Below are positions 1-12,116 of a stretch of 34,429 nt of DNA, piece after piece. The DNA lies in assembly GCA_016618085.1 (NCBI GenBank), contig JABLTG010000191.1, forward strand, positions 1 to 34,429, given 5' to 3'. This DNA comes from Neovahlkampfia damariscottae (lineage: Eukaryota). The notes under the pieces are model-generated. The model saw nothing but the letters and a program-made list of their open reading frames with translations, did no database searches and was not told the DNA's origin. Both the position numbers and the translations under genes were made by a program. How positions within the stretch are numbered: the first letter of the stretch is position 1; the number at the start of each line of letters is the position of its first letter.

Positions 1-1
1 A

Positions 2-136
2 AAAATGACAACAAAAAAATTGGAAGAAGTTGTAAAAAAGGAAAGTATGCTTGTAAATAGAGATCTTTGGACAAATACTTTTTCAAAAATATTTGAATTT
101 TTCAAGGAATATTATTATGAAAGTGATAAAAAATAA
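2..136 (+). CDS. 3' end of a gene truncated by the window edge (or a very small ORF); product unknown
   Basis: Open frame ...MTTKKLEEVVKKE...YYYESDKK ending at TAA 134-136; no recognisable motif. Confidence 0.35.
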   Translation, partial: KMTTKKLEEVVKKESMLVNRDLWTNTFSKIFEFFKEYYYESDKK

Positions 137-226
137 ATAGTCATTCAAATGAAAACAATTAATTTGGTTGGTTGTTTTTTCAAACTCGAGATTTAATTGC
201 CACACCCCAGTAGTTGTTGCCCACAT

Positions 227-382
227 TCAGTTACCAGTATTTATTGTTTGGTCATCTGGTTGGTTGGTCAGTCCATCTGAATCTTTCCTGTAAAATTTGG
301 ACACTTTTTCTAATCTTGGAGGCCTTGGATAATCTCAAACCGATTCTTGACCTTCCTTTGGTTTAACTTTTTTTTTGGACAT
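227..382 (-). pseudogene. DUF427-like N-terminal fragment with an in-frame stop
   Basis: Reads MSKKKVKPKEGQESV*DYPRPPRLEKVSK; resembles the ESVWDYPRPPRLE motif of DUF427 proteins with TGA (335-337) at the Trp position; similarity is lost afterwards. Confidence 0.5.
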
Positions 383-497
383 TTTTCCATGGAAAAAATT
401 TGATAGGTCAGGAGAATTAAAACCAACAAATTGAAAACAACCTCTTCACTTGAACACAACTTCACTGACTCCAAACTTTGAACAATTTCCAGTCAAA

Positions 498-1466
498 ATG
501 CACGAAAAAATGAAACAAAAAGAAACAAAACAATTGGAAGAAATTGTTTCAAAAAAACAAGAAGAAACCATAGTATCTTTGAACCTCAGCTTTCAAATAC
601 CTGGAGATATGAATGACCAACAGATCAGCAACTTTTTGACTGATAATTTCAAAAAATTAAAAAAAAAAATTTTAACTCAACAAAAACAAAAAAAAAAACA
701 TATTCAAATTGAAGATTTGGAAATAGAAAACAAGAAATCATCGGATTCTATACTTTATTCAAATCCAAAAAAAAAAAATATTTTACGTTTTGTTCACATT
801 TCGGACACTCACAACAAGACCTCGTCAGGAAATTTTAAAATTCCTTTAGGTGATGTTTTATTGCATACTGGTGATTTTACACTTAAAGGATCAAAAGAAG
901 AAGTTTTAGAATTCAATGAATGGTTAGGTACTCTGCCACATCAATACAAAATTGTGATTTGTGGAAATCATGTTTGAAAAAGTGTTTTTTAATTTTATAA
1001 GGAAAAATGTATGGATTCAGAGAAGGATGAAAAATATAAAGATAATAGAAAGCTTTTAACCAACGCAACTCATTTTCTATTTGATGAAATGATTGATATT
1101 CATGGATTGAAAATTTACGGAACACCATATCAAAAACAGTTCCATCAAATGGCATTCAATATTGATGATAAAGAAGAATTGGAGAAAAAGATGAATAATA
1201 TCCCTGATGAATTGGATATTTTGATGGTGCATGCTCCTCCAAAGAATAAATTAGATATTCATTACAAAGGTGAAAATGTTGGATGTGAAATTTTAGAAAA
1301 GATCATAAAGGAAAGAAAACCAAAATTTTGTGTATTCGGGCATATACATGAATCAGTTGGCATCCTCATTGAAAAAGAAACAACTTTTATTAATAGTGCA
1401 ATTTGCAACAGAAAATATAAGCCAAATAATCCATCAAATATTTTCGATTTAGAAATAAAACAATAG
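498..1466 (+). CDS. Calcineurin-like metallophosphoesterase (MPPED/239FB-like), 1 intron (972-1001)
   Basis: Motifs ISDTH, HTGDFT, GNHE (restored by removing a 30-nt GT-AG intron) and FGHIHE. The start could be 498 or 510. Confidence 0.88.
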
Positions 1467-1543
1467 CACTACCAGTTGTCTACAAAGACCAATCAATTTT
1501 TCTAGAACATTGGCAAGAACATTAATCTATTAATAGAAAACAA

Positions 1544-1550
1544 CCAATCA
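1544..1550 (+). promoter_or_regulatory. CCAAT box (representative of ~19 copies next to start codons)
   Basis: CCAATCA 18 nt before the Ras ATG; the same motif precedes almost every gene in the window. Confidence 0.7.
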
Positions 1551-1567
1551 TCAACATTTGAAAAACG

Positions 1568-2191
1568 ATGAAAACAACAAACAAATCCCAACAAAAGAAA
1601 AAACAAAATTCGAGAGTGTACTCAAAAACATACAAATTGGTTGTACTTGGTGAATGTGGTGTTGGAAAAAGTGCTTTGGTTATTCAATTTGTCACTGGAA
1701 AATTTGTTGGAAATTACGATCCAACTATTGAAGACAGTTACAGAAAGGAAGTTGATTTTAAAAAACACTCTTGTATTTTGGACATTTTAGACACCACAGA
1801 CGAAATGGTTTTTGGTGGTCGGTACTTGAGAACAGGACAAGCATTCGTAATAGCATTTGATATCACAGACAGAAAATCCTTTGAAAAAGTCGAGTATTAT
1901 CAAGAGGAGCTTTTGAAATCTGTCGATAGTGATGAATTTCCATTGGTTCTGGTTGGCAATAAAATAGATGTCGAGGAGAAAAGGAATGTAAATTTTGAAG
2001 AAGCAAAAGAATTGTCAATGAGATTAAAATGTCCTTATATTGAAACATCAGCAAAGAATAATATAAATGTAGCGGAAGTGTTCCACGAGTTGTTGACAGA
2101 AATTAACAAAAACGAATCAGATGACGAAACTGAATCAATGGATGAACCGGGAAAGGAAAAAAGAAAAAAAATGATTTGCAATTTAATGTGA
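1568..2191 (+). CDS. Ras-family small GTPase with atypical P-loop and switch II
   Basis: GECGVGKS, YDPTIEDSY effector loop, NKID, ETSAK, C-terminal CNLM CaaX box; intronless. Confidence 0.92.
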   Translation: MKTTNKSQQKKKQNSRVYSKTYKLVVLGECGVGKSALVIQFVTGKFVGNYDPTIEDSYRKEVDFKKHSCILDILDTTDEMVFGGRYLRTGQAFVIAFDITDRKSFEKVEYYQEELLKSVDSDEFPLVLVGNKIDVEEKRNVNFEEAKELSMRLKCPYIETSAKNNINVAEVFHELLTEINKNESDDETESMDEPGKEKRKKMICNLM

Positions 2192-2359
2192 AACTAATTG
2201 ACAGTTCAGAAATCTATTCATTCTAAAAGTAAATAAAATAAGTTTGCATGATCTACAACCTCCACTGTTGCAAAGTGTAATTACTTTTCTTTTTAAACAA
2301 TCAATATATTTATGCTCTGTGGTTTGATCTCAAAGTTGCAGAAAATAGTAATCAAAAAT

Positions 2360-5199
2360 TTATCTTTGTTCAAATCCAATGAAAAATCCCTTTGTTATGA
2401 ATCGGTTTTCATTCATCTCCAGAAGAAAACGAAAATGGAAAAAAAATAACTAATTGTTTCACATTTCCTGTGTGGTAATCTGCTTGTGAAAACTCTTTTG
2501 TAATCAAGATATTTTCATAGTCTGTTTCTTGGACAAGCAGATTAAAATATAGAAATTTCAAAAATGGAACATTTAAATCATAGAGATAACAGAAGTGATC
2601 AGCATATTTAAATGTTGTTATTTTTTCAAAAAAACAAGTGGTCAAAAAACAGTCTAAATTGAATTAAAACATTTATTTAAAAACAAAATTCACATCACAA
2701 GATTTTTTCAAACCAGTTGGAATTAAATTAAAATATCTTCCATTCATCAAAAGATAGATCTGTGATTTATCTTTCAATGATTGAATATCATTTTCTGGAA
2801 ATAAATAGGAATTTGAAAATGTCAAATTATTCGAAACCAATTCATACAATGCATCATAAAGCATAGTTAATTCAATTTCAGTTGTGAATGGTTTATATAA
2901 TTTTATTGCTTGAGTGAAATTCAAACCAAATTCTTCAAATCTATTATCAACTTCTTTGAAATTCAATTTCAATAGCACAGCAATTGAGAGAATTGGAAAA
3001 GCATAAATTTGAAATTGTTCAGATTCTACATTGTCCATAAATTCTTCATCAACTATTGCTTTGACACATTTATCAATATAATAAGGAACATTTTGTTTCA
3101 AAGAATCATATTGAAAAAAATGTAGTACCATAATATCAAAACATCTAAAGTGTTAAATAAATTCTATTGATTTACATTTTACTCATTGTTTTTGGTTTGT
3201 AATTTTTGGTTGCTTTATAAATTTTGTCTAAACTCAATTCTAAGGTTCTTGATTTCATGTAACACAATTCAATCAAAATTCCCATGCTAAGATATTTGAT
3301 TTCTTCATTAAACAATGGACTCTATGTAACAATTAATATGGCAACTATTTACATCAGATTTGATAATGTTTAAAGTTAAATCAACTAATCCTGATTTTGA
3401 AATGTAATATTCACAATGATCACCATAGTTTTGAAGTAAAATTAAAAGTAATAATAAACAATCGGTTGTTTGAATTGGGTCTGTATCAGATGTAACAGTT
3501 TCTTTTAATCTAGAAAGAGCAAGATTGATCACTTTTGAATACCATAAATTTGCATCAAATTTCAAATAATCAACCAAAAATTGCAAACAATGAAAACATT
3601 CATTTCTGACTTCTTCGAATTCATGAGTTTCAGCATTTTTGATAATTAAATTCATGATTTCTGCAATTGTATCTGATTTAGTATCAAATTTGTTAAATTC
3701 ATTAAAGACTTCAACTAAGACCTTTACAAAATTTTGAACATCAGTTGATTTCATGAATTTAGATGTGATTTTTAATAACTCATCAAAATCATATTTTAAA
3801 TTCACTTTTGCATCATTAGCAACTCTTAAAATATTAGCAACAGTGGTAGGTCCAACAGCTAATGTTTCATCATTGTCATTTTCAAATAATTCAACTGCCA
3901 ATTCATAAATCAATTTCAAATCATCAAATAATTCATTTTTCAAAATTACAGGAATATAACTGTTGAGTGCCATTAACATGTGATAATTTGGTAATTTCTA
4001 AAAATAGTCAAAATCTAAAAAGAAAACCTTTGATTTTAATGTTTTTATCAATAAATTGGCAAAATCAAGATTATTGAAATTGTTTTCGGAAAATTCTGTT
4101 ATGATTTTAACAGAACGTATCATCATTTGTTCATCACCTGATTCAAAATAACTCTTTAACATTGGAATAATTGATTCTTGTGATTTTTCAGGATATGCTT
4201 CAAAAATAGCATTAAGTAATGCATGTAATGATCCCAAACATTCTAATATTTTATTTTGACTTTCCAAACATTCCAATGTTACATTTTCACTTTGTTGTTT
4301 CAATTCCAATTCTTGTAATTCAAAACTTTTCTTCACAAGAAAAGGTAACAAACTGAAAATAAAGTTAAAAAAATAAACAATTACGATAATTTTTGATCTC
4401 CAAATTTATCCGGAAATTCTTCATGTATACAAATTAAAAATTCAAAATACTCAACTGCTGGTTCAGATGTATACATTTTTTTAACAACTTTTGAAGTAAT
4501 TCTTAAAACATCTTCAAACGAAAATGTGTTAATTATCATCATCATTATAACAACTGATTGAGGATTGAGTTGAATCTTTGACATATTTTTATGAAGAAAA
4601 AGTTTACAAAAAATAATAAATTCTTCTTCTGTTTGACAACCTTCTCCGATGACTCTGATGATTTCATAAATAAAAGTTTGAACAATTTTTTCTGATTCAT
4701 CCATTTCATGAAAAAAATATTCAAAAAGAAATGAATAAAATTTCATCCATACTCCGTCAAGTTTGGTTCCGATTGTGGCAGTTGTTTCAGCAAAAAAAAC
4801 TAGTAATAAACGAAAGTTGAAATTTTTTTTTTCAATCATTTCAATTTCAGTTTGTAATAGTTTTAAATACTCCAATTTATTTTTTTGAACAATATATCTT
4901 GCAAAAAGAACAATTAAGTCGCGTGAGTGGAATGCTACTTTTGTGTCCAGTGGTTCAGAATGAAAAACTTGTTCCAATAACTTTTTCATGTAATATTTAT
5001 CGTGTTTTCCTAAGTTAAAGTTTCCATGAAACACTCTTGTTGATGCCACAATGGATAGTTGAAGTTCGCCTGAGATGATTAATTCCATGAGGTATAAATC
5101 TGGTATTTTATGTTTTGGATCAATTAAATTAGGATCCTCTTTGAGAATCTCCAAGTACTCTCTTGTTTTATCGTCATCAATTTCTTGAGGTTTGGACAT
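2360..5199 (-). CDS. Large helical (HEAT/ARM-repeat-like) protein of unknown function, multi-exon
   Basis: ORFs joined in frame by GT-AG introns 4353-4384, 3998-4027, 3322-3352 and 3145-3175. Splicing near 2654-2698 and the 3' end are ambiguous. The fold is guessed only from the Leu/Ile/Glu-rich amphipathic pattern. Confidence 0.55.
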
Positions 5200-5290
5200 T
5201 TTCAAATATGATTGGACAAGAAAACGAAAGAGCTAATTGGACAAAACAGTTCTTCAAAGAAAACAACCTTCAAACTTAAAACAAACTGAA

Positions 5291-6682
5291 ATGGGTCAAA
5301 AAGAGAGTACAGAGCAAATAGAAGATATATTTTCATCATCAAAATTAAAAAAACCAAAAATAACACACAATTCAGATCGATCTGTTTTTTATTTTTTTCA
5401 ACCTTCAGAATACACTTTCACTGACTATCTCAAAATATTTAAATTTTCAATGTATAGTTATCAAAATAATTTTCCAAATTTCAAAGATTCTTTAATCAAA
5501 AATATCACAATAAAACAAATACCTCATAAAGGATCCATTTCCAATGAAAAAGAGTATTACTTTGACATCACATTTGAAGAAAAGACAAAACCTTTCAAAT
5601 CAAAAAAATCACGTTTTCAAATTATTCATTTCTCACATCATTGCATTGGCGAAGTTCTCAAAAATTTTGGGAGTTCAAATAGAAGTGTCTTTAGCATTGA
5701 AATTGGAATATTTTTGAACCAAAAGAAGATAATTAATATGAAAAATAACTTTACTGGTCTTGGATTTCAATCTAATGATCCAGTTGTGTTTGATTCCTTG
5801 GAAGAATTTTTTTATTTATTCAACATTTCACCACCATCATATTTGATATGTTTGGAACTAAATGGACAATTAATAGGAGATATAAGTATGTTTACAACAT
5901 TTTCTGATGAAGAAGCTCTTTTTAAAGTTTCTTCTGGAGATGGAAAATTGACATTCAACAAAAATGAAATAAGAGTTACACGTATTGCAAAAAATAAAGA
6001 ATCAGTGGAATACAGTTTTAAGTTGAAACATCTTGAATCATTGATCAATTTTTCAAATGAATTTGACATTGATGGCACTGTTGAATATCCTTTTTGGACA
6101 GATGATTTTATTTTTTTCGAACAACCAAAAGTACTTCAATTGTTTCCAAATTATTTTCATGATAAACTATTTAAAATCAAATTTTTTAAACAAAAATTCG
6201 ATCCAATTTTGAAAAATGCACTAATTGATTCTATTACATTTCATATCAATCAACATATCAAAATATCAATCACAGAAATCCCCAATATTCTTAAAATTCA
6301 TTTAATGGATGAAATCTTGCATTTTGAATATGAAGAAACTGTTGATGAACCAGTGATCACTCAAAATAGAAAAAGGATAGTGCAAATTTATCCTGAAAAA
6401 CTCATACAATATTATTCAAATTCAGAAGAGAAATTTGAGAATTTGTCTTTTAACAGTGATACACAAATTTTAGACTTTGAAAAAAGAATACTTGAAATTG
6501 AAGGAAAACTTCCTGGCTTGAAAGGAGATGTAATAATGAGAATACCATTGGACAACAGAGAACTTTTTGAATTTTACATTGAAAATGGATTCAATTCAAT
6601 GTTTGAACTAAAACTTGAGAAATCACTGAAAATTAACAAGAAACTAGAAAGACTTTGCAATTTTAGTTTCCAATTTCAATGA
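5291..6682 (+). CDS. Hypothetical protein, possibly N-myristoylated
   Basis: Long intronless ORF; first ATG at 5291 gives MGQKEST (MGxxxS motif). Confidence 0.65.
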   Translation: MGQKESTEQIEDIFSSSKLKKPKITHNSDRSVFYFFQPSEYTFTDYLKIFKFSMYSYQNNFPNFKDSLIKNITIKQIPHKGSISNEKEYYFDITFEEKTKPFKSKKSRFQIIHFSHHCIGEVLKNFGSSNRSVFSIEIGIFLNQKKIINMKNNFTGLGFQSNDPVVFDSLEEFFYLFNISPPSYLICLELNGQLIGDISMFTTFSDEEALFKVSSGDGKLTFNKNEIRVTRIAKNKESVEYSFKLKHLESLINFSNEFDIDGTVEYPFWTDDFIFFEQPKVLQLFPNYFHDKLFKIKFFKQKFDPILKNALIDSITFHINQHIKISITEIPNILKIHLMDEILHFEYEETVDEPVITQNRKRIVQIYPEKLIQYYSNSEEKFENLSFNSDTQILDFEKRILEIEGKLPGLKGDVIMRIPLDNRELFEFYIENGFNSMFELKLEKSLKINKKLERLCNFSFQFQ

Positions 6683-6721
6683 TAAAAAAACTAAAAAACT
6701 CACTTGAATAAACCCCTTTAT

Positions 6722-9700
6722 TTACAATAAAAATTGAATGAAAAATGAAATAAGAATCATGAACCCAATTGAATGTGTTGATGCATTTCCAGTTGTTGAT
6801 GTTGGACAAGTTGCAGGTAATGAAGGTAATGTATCTACTGATCCAATAACACAAGATCCAAGTTTACTTCCAGCATTTCCAGTTGCTCCTGCACCATCAT
6901 CATTTTTTTCATGAATGACAACAGCTCTTCCAACAATTGAATAATTTCCATTTAAAGTTAACAAATCCAATGTATTAATGTAAACAGCAACTCCTCCATC
7001 ATTCACAGTGATATTTCCCATATCACCAAAATGTCTTATAGGAGTTGATGGATAAGAATGATTTGATCCTAATGGATTCCAATGTCCACCAACATTTGAT
7101 GTTCTAGATGATCCTGTTAAATCACCAAATTCATGAACATGAAATCCATGTGATGTACTTTTCATAAGACCACATATCAATGCTTCAACTGTTACTGTGT
7201 TATTTTGGTGTTGTGTGAATAGAATTCTTCCATTGAGATTTTTTGATAAACTTCCAAAAAACTCACAAACTGCATACTTATTTTTTTCACATGTTGCTTT
7301 TGATTTGATACCAATCACACCTTGAGCATATCTTGAACCTGCATTTCCTGTAGGTTGTGAAACACCATCATCTGGTAATTGATGAACAATCATTCCTTTT
7401 CCAACTGCGGAAAGTTCTCCTGATAATGGTAGTTTTTCAGTGACAATCGTGAATTTAGCAATTCCATCAGAATCTGCTGTAATATTTCCCTTTTTTTGAA
7501 ATTTAAAACTTTATAAAAAGAATTTACCAAATCACCTGCATGTCTTGTGGAAAGTGTTAATGGTCCATGAACTCCATTGTAAGGATTCCAATGTCCTCCA
7601 GTACCAGTTCCATCAGTTTTTGATAAATCACCATATGAATGAATGTGAAATCCATGAATAGAATTTGCTGATAAGCCTTCGACTGTACCTTTGATTGTTG
7701 TTTTTCCAGATGAATATGACAAAGTTGCATTTCCAGAAACTTTTTCATTTCCTGCTGTTCCTACCAACAAGACAGTTGCTTCAGCACCAGAAATTTGAAC
7801 TGGACAAGTTGGTAAACTTGGTAAAGTATTTACAGCTCCGATAACACAACTACCGATTTTATTACCTGCATTTCCAGTTGCACCAGTTCCATCATCATTT
7901 TTTTCATGAATGACAACAGCTCTTCCAATGATTGAATATTCACCATTTAAATCAAGTAAGTTAAGAGTTGCTTCATATTTTCCTTTGCCTTCTTGATTTG
8001 AAAGGATATTACCCATGTCACCAAAATGTCTTGATGTACTTGGTGGAAATGAATGATTTGATCCCAATGGATTCCAGTGACCTCCTACATTTGATGTGAT
8101 TTCAGTACCAGTTAAATCACCATATTGATGAACATGAAAACCTTGAATACCATTGCGATTCAATCCACAAACTATCGCTTGAACAGTCACATTCTTTGAA
8201 GGTTAAAAAAAAGTGCTATGCTTACTCCTGCATTCTGTGTGAATAAAATTCGACCATAGAGATAATCATGACCACTTCCGAATTCACAAACAGCAAATGA
8301 GTTTTTTTCATTTGTTGCAAAGGAATTTACATCATTTTGAATTCCAATTACTCCTTGAGCTAATCTTTTCCCAGCTGCCCCTGTTGGTTGTGAAACACCA
8401 TCATCAGGTAATTCATGAATTATCATTCCTAAACCTACAGCAGATACATTTCCATTTAATAAAACTTTTGTGGAGTTAATATCAATCGTGGAAATTCCTT
8501 GAGAATTTGCAGTGATGTTTCCCTTAAAAAAAATTAAAAAGTAAAAATTCAAACTAAATCTCCTGCGTGGCTATTTGTATCAGAAAGAAATCCATGAACA
8601 CCACCATTAGGATTCCAATGTCCTCCGGTTGCAGTTCCATCTTCTTTTGAGATATCACCGAATTGATGAATATGGAAACCATGAATTGAATTTGCATTTA
8701 ATCCAGAAACTGTCCCTGTAATATGAGTATTTTGACCATCAAAATTCAAGTAAATCTTTCCAGAAATACCTTCATTACCTTTGGTTCCTTTTAATAGAAC
8801 AGAAGCTTTTCCAGGTTTTGGACAAGTTGGCAAAGATGGTAGCGTATCCACTGATCCAATAACACAAGATCCAAGTTTACTTCCAGCATTTCCAGTTGCT
8901 CCTGCACCATCATCATTTTTTTCATGAACAACAACAGCCCTTCCAAGGACTGAATTGATTCCATTTAAAGTTAATAAATCTAATTTGTTGTCATATGTTC
9001 CAGTTCCATATTTGTCAACTGTAATGTTACCCATATCACCAAAATGTCTTGAAGAACTTGGAGGATAAGCGTGATTTGATCCCAATGGGTTCCAATGACC
9101 ACCAACACTTGTTGTTCTATCTATTCCTGTTAAATCACCAAATTCATGAACGTGAAATCCATGAGCCCCATTTGTAGTTAATCCACAAATTTTTGATTGA
9201 ACACGAACAGTTGACTGTACCAAAATCATTAATTCGACCGAAAATTTCTTACATCAATATTTTGTGTGAATAAAATTCTACCAACAGTTTTTGAATTTAA
9301 TCCTTTGAACTCACAAACAGCAAATGAATTTTGTTCACTTGATGCTTGATTAATTGCTGTATTTTTGATTCCTACAATTCCTTGAGCAAATCTTTTCCCA
9401 GCTGCTCCTGTTGGTTGTGAAATTCCATCATCAAATAATTGATGAACAATCATTCCTTTTCCTATAGCTGAAATATCACCTAACAATGATAATTTTGTTG
9501 ATGTGATATTCACAGTTGCAGTTCCTTGGGAATCTGCTGTTATATTTCCCTTGGACATTTTTAGAAAAAAATTGAAATTTACTAAATCTCCAGCATGGCT
9601 ATTTGAATCTGTCAAGAATCCATGAACGCCTCCATAAGGATTCCAATGTCCTCCAGTTCCTGTCCCATCAGTTTTTGACAAATCACCAAATTGATGAATA

Positions 9701-10969
9701 TGAAATCCATGAATGGAATTTTCAGCTAAACCAGTAATTGATCCAGTGATTCTTGAAGTATTTGCTTCAATGTGTTGTATTGTGATTTTACCTGAGATAC
9801 CTTCATTTCCTGAGGTTCCAACTAATAAAACTGTAGCTTCAGCAATTTTAGGACATGTTGGTAAATTTGGTAAACTGTTCTTGTAACCAATAACACAAGA
9901 ACCAAGTTTATTTCCTGCGTTTCCAGTGGCACCTGCACCATCATCAGCCTTTTCATGAATAACAATAGCTCTTCCAACAATAGAATTATTTCCATTCAAT
10001 GCCAACAAATCAAAAGTGCTGTCAAAAATCGCGACTCCATATTTATCAGCTGTGATGTTACCCATATCACCAAAATGTCTTGAAGAACTTGGTGGATAAG
10101 CATGGTTTGACTCCAATGGGTTCCAATGACCTCCAACATTGGCAGTTCTGTCTGCTCCTGTTAAGTCACCATATTGATGAACATGAAACCCATGAGCTGA
10201 ATTTGGTGTCAAACCACAAATTGTTGCTTGAACACGAACAGTTGACTGCTTTTAAATCAAAAAAAAAAATTTCTTACTCCTGAGTTTTGTGTGAATAAAA
10301 CTCTTCCATAAAGTGTTGAATTCAAACCTTCAAATTCACAAACAGCAAATGAATTCAATTCTGAAGTAGCTTTATTATTAGCAAAGTTTTGAATTCCAAT
10401 TACTCCTTGAGCATATCGTTTTCCAGCTGCTCCTGTTGGTTGTGAAACTCCATCATCAAATAATTGATGAACAATCATTCCTTTTCCAATGGCAGAAACG
10501 TTTCCATTTAATAAAACTTTTGTTGAAGTTATGTTAACATCAGCAATTCCAAGTGCGTTTGCTGTTACGTTGCCCTTTTTGAGAGTAAAAAAACTAGAAT
10601 TTGATTCTTTACTAAATCACCAGCATGGCTGTTGTTTTGAGTTAAAAAGCCATGGACACCACCATAAGGATTCCAATGACCGCCTAAGAGTAAAAATTTA
10701 AAAATTAGTTTACCTGTTCCTGTTCCGTCAATTTTTGACAAATCACCGAATTCATGAATGTGAAAACCGTGTACAGTGTTTGGTTGAAGGCCTGAAATAG
10801 AGCCTGTGATCACAGTTCTTGAAGAATTCACTTCTGAAACATAAGTAAGTGTAATTTTTCCTGTAATTTGACTATTTCCAGCTGTTCCTTGAAGGAGAAC
10901 CACACCTGTGTTTGAAAATATTGATACAAATAGTTGAAGAACGATAAAAAATAATAGTTGTCTTCTCAT
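6722..10969 (-). CDS. Secreted, probably GPI-anchored eight-domain Cu/Zn superoxide dismutase repeat protein (~1324 aa), 8 introns
   Basis: Signal peptide MRRQLLFFIVLQLFVSIFS; eight HGFHxH...GGHWNP...HxGDxGN...H domains; Ser/Thr linker and hydrophobic C-terminus. Introns 10684-10713, 10575-10612, 10246-10277, 9550-9582, 9215-9252, 8523-8554, 8194-8225 and 7490-7527 give one continuous frame. Confidence 0.93.
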
Positions 10970-11054
10970 AGCAGCTCCTTAACGTTCGTGAAAACAACCA
11001 ATCAGATGATCGATCACTTTTTTGTGTTGAATTAATTGTTGGAAGGATCAAATT

Positions 11055-11098
11055 TTTTGATCTTGTACATAAGAGATCTTTTATGTACAAGATCAAAA
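11055..11098. repeat. 44-bp near-perfect palindrome in the divergent SOD/E2 promoter region
   Basis: TTTTGATCTTGTACATAA-GAGATCTT-TTATGTACAAGATCAAAA; perfect 18-bp arms and a single mismatch overall. Confidence 0.85.
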
Positions 11099-11457
11099 GT
11101 TCTTAATTTCGGAATCCATTGCATGTCATAGGACTTTTCCCATAATTTTAATTTCTCTCACAGTGCTAAAAACAAAATCAAAAAAAAAATTAGAATCTTC
11201 GATATTCCATCAAATATTCTTTCTGGTTGATAAATTACAATAATTCCATTTTGCATTCTCTCGAAAAGAATCAGGCATACTGACAGAAGAACAGAAATTG
11301 CTAGGCCAAACTGAGCAGCTCCGGAATTTTTTTTATCTAATTCATCAATAAAACAGAACTAAATAGAATACTCACACTAATCAAAACTACCCAAATTCAA
11401 TCGGAAATATCATATTTCCTGTAGAACGATGAATTTTGAGTAAAAGTCTTTTTCTAA

Positions 11458-12108
<651 letters not shown>

Positions 12109-12116
12109 TAAAATTT

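Noticed and set aside
335..337. TGA read as Trp (alternative genetic code)
   Set aside because: TGA ends the Ras gene right after its CaaX box and ends other genes; conserved Trp residues elsewhere use TGG.
6722..10969. Tandem array of separate SOD genes or a frameshifted pseudogene
   Set aside because: Each break is a GT-AG mini-intron at a repeated position; there is only one signal peptide and one hydrophobic tail.
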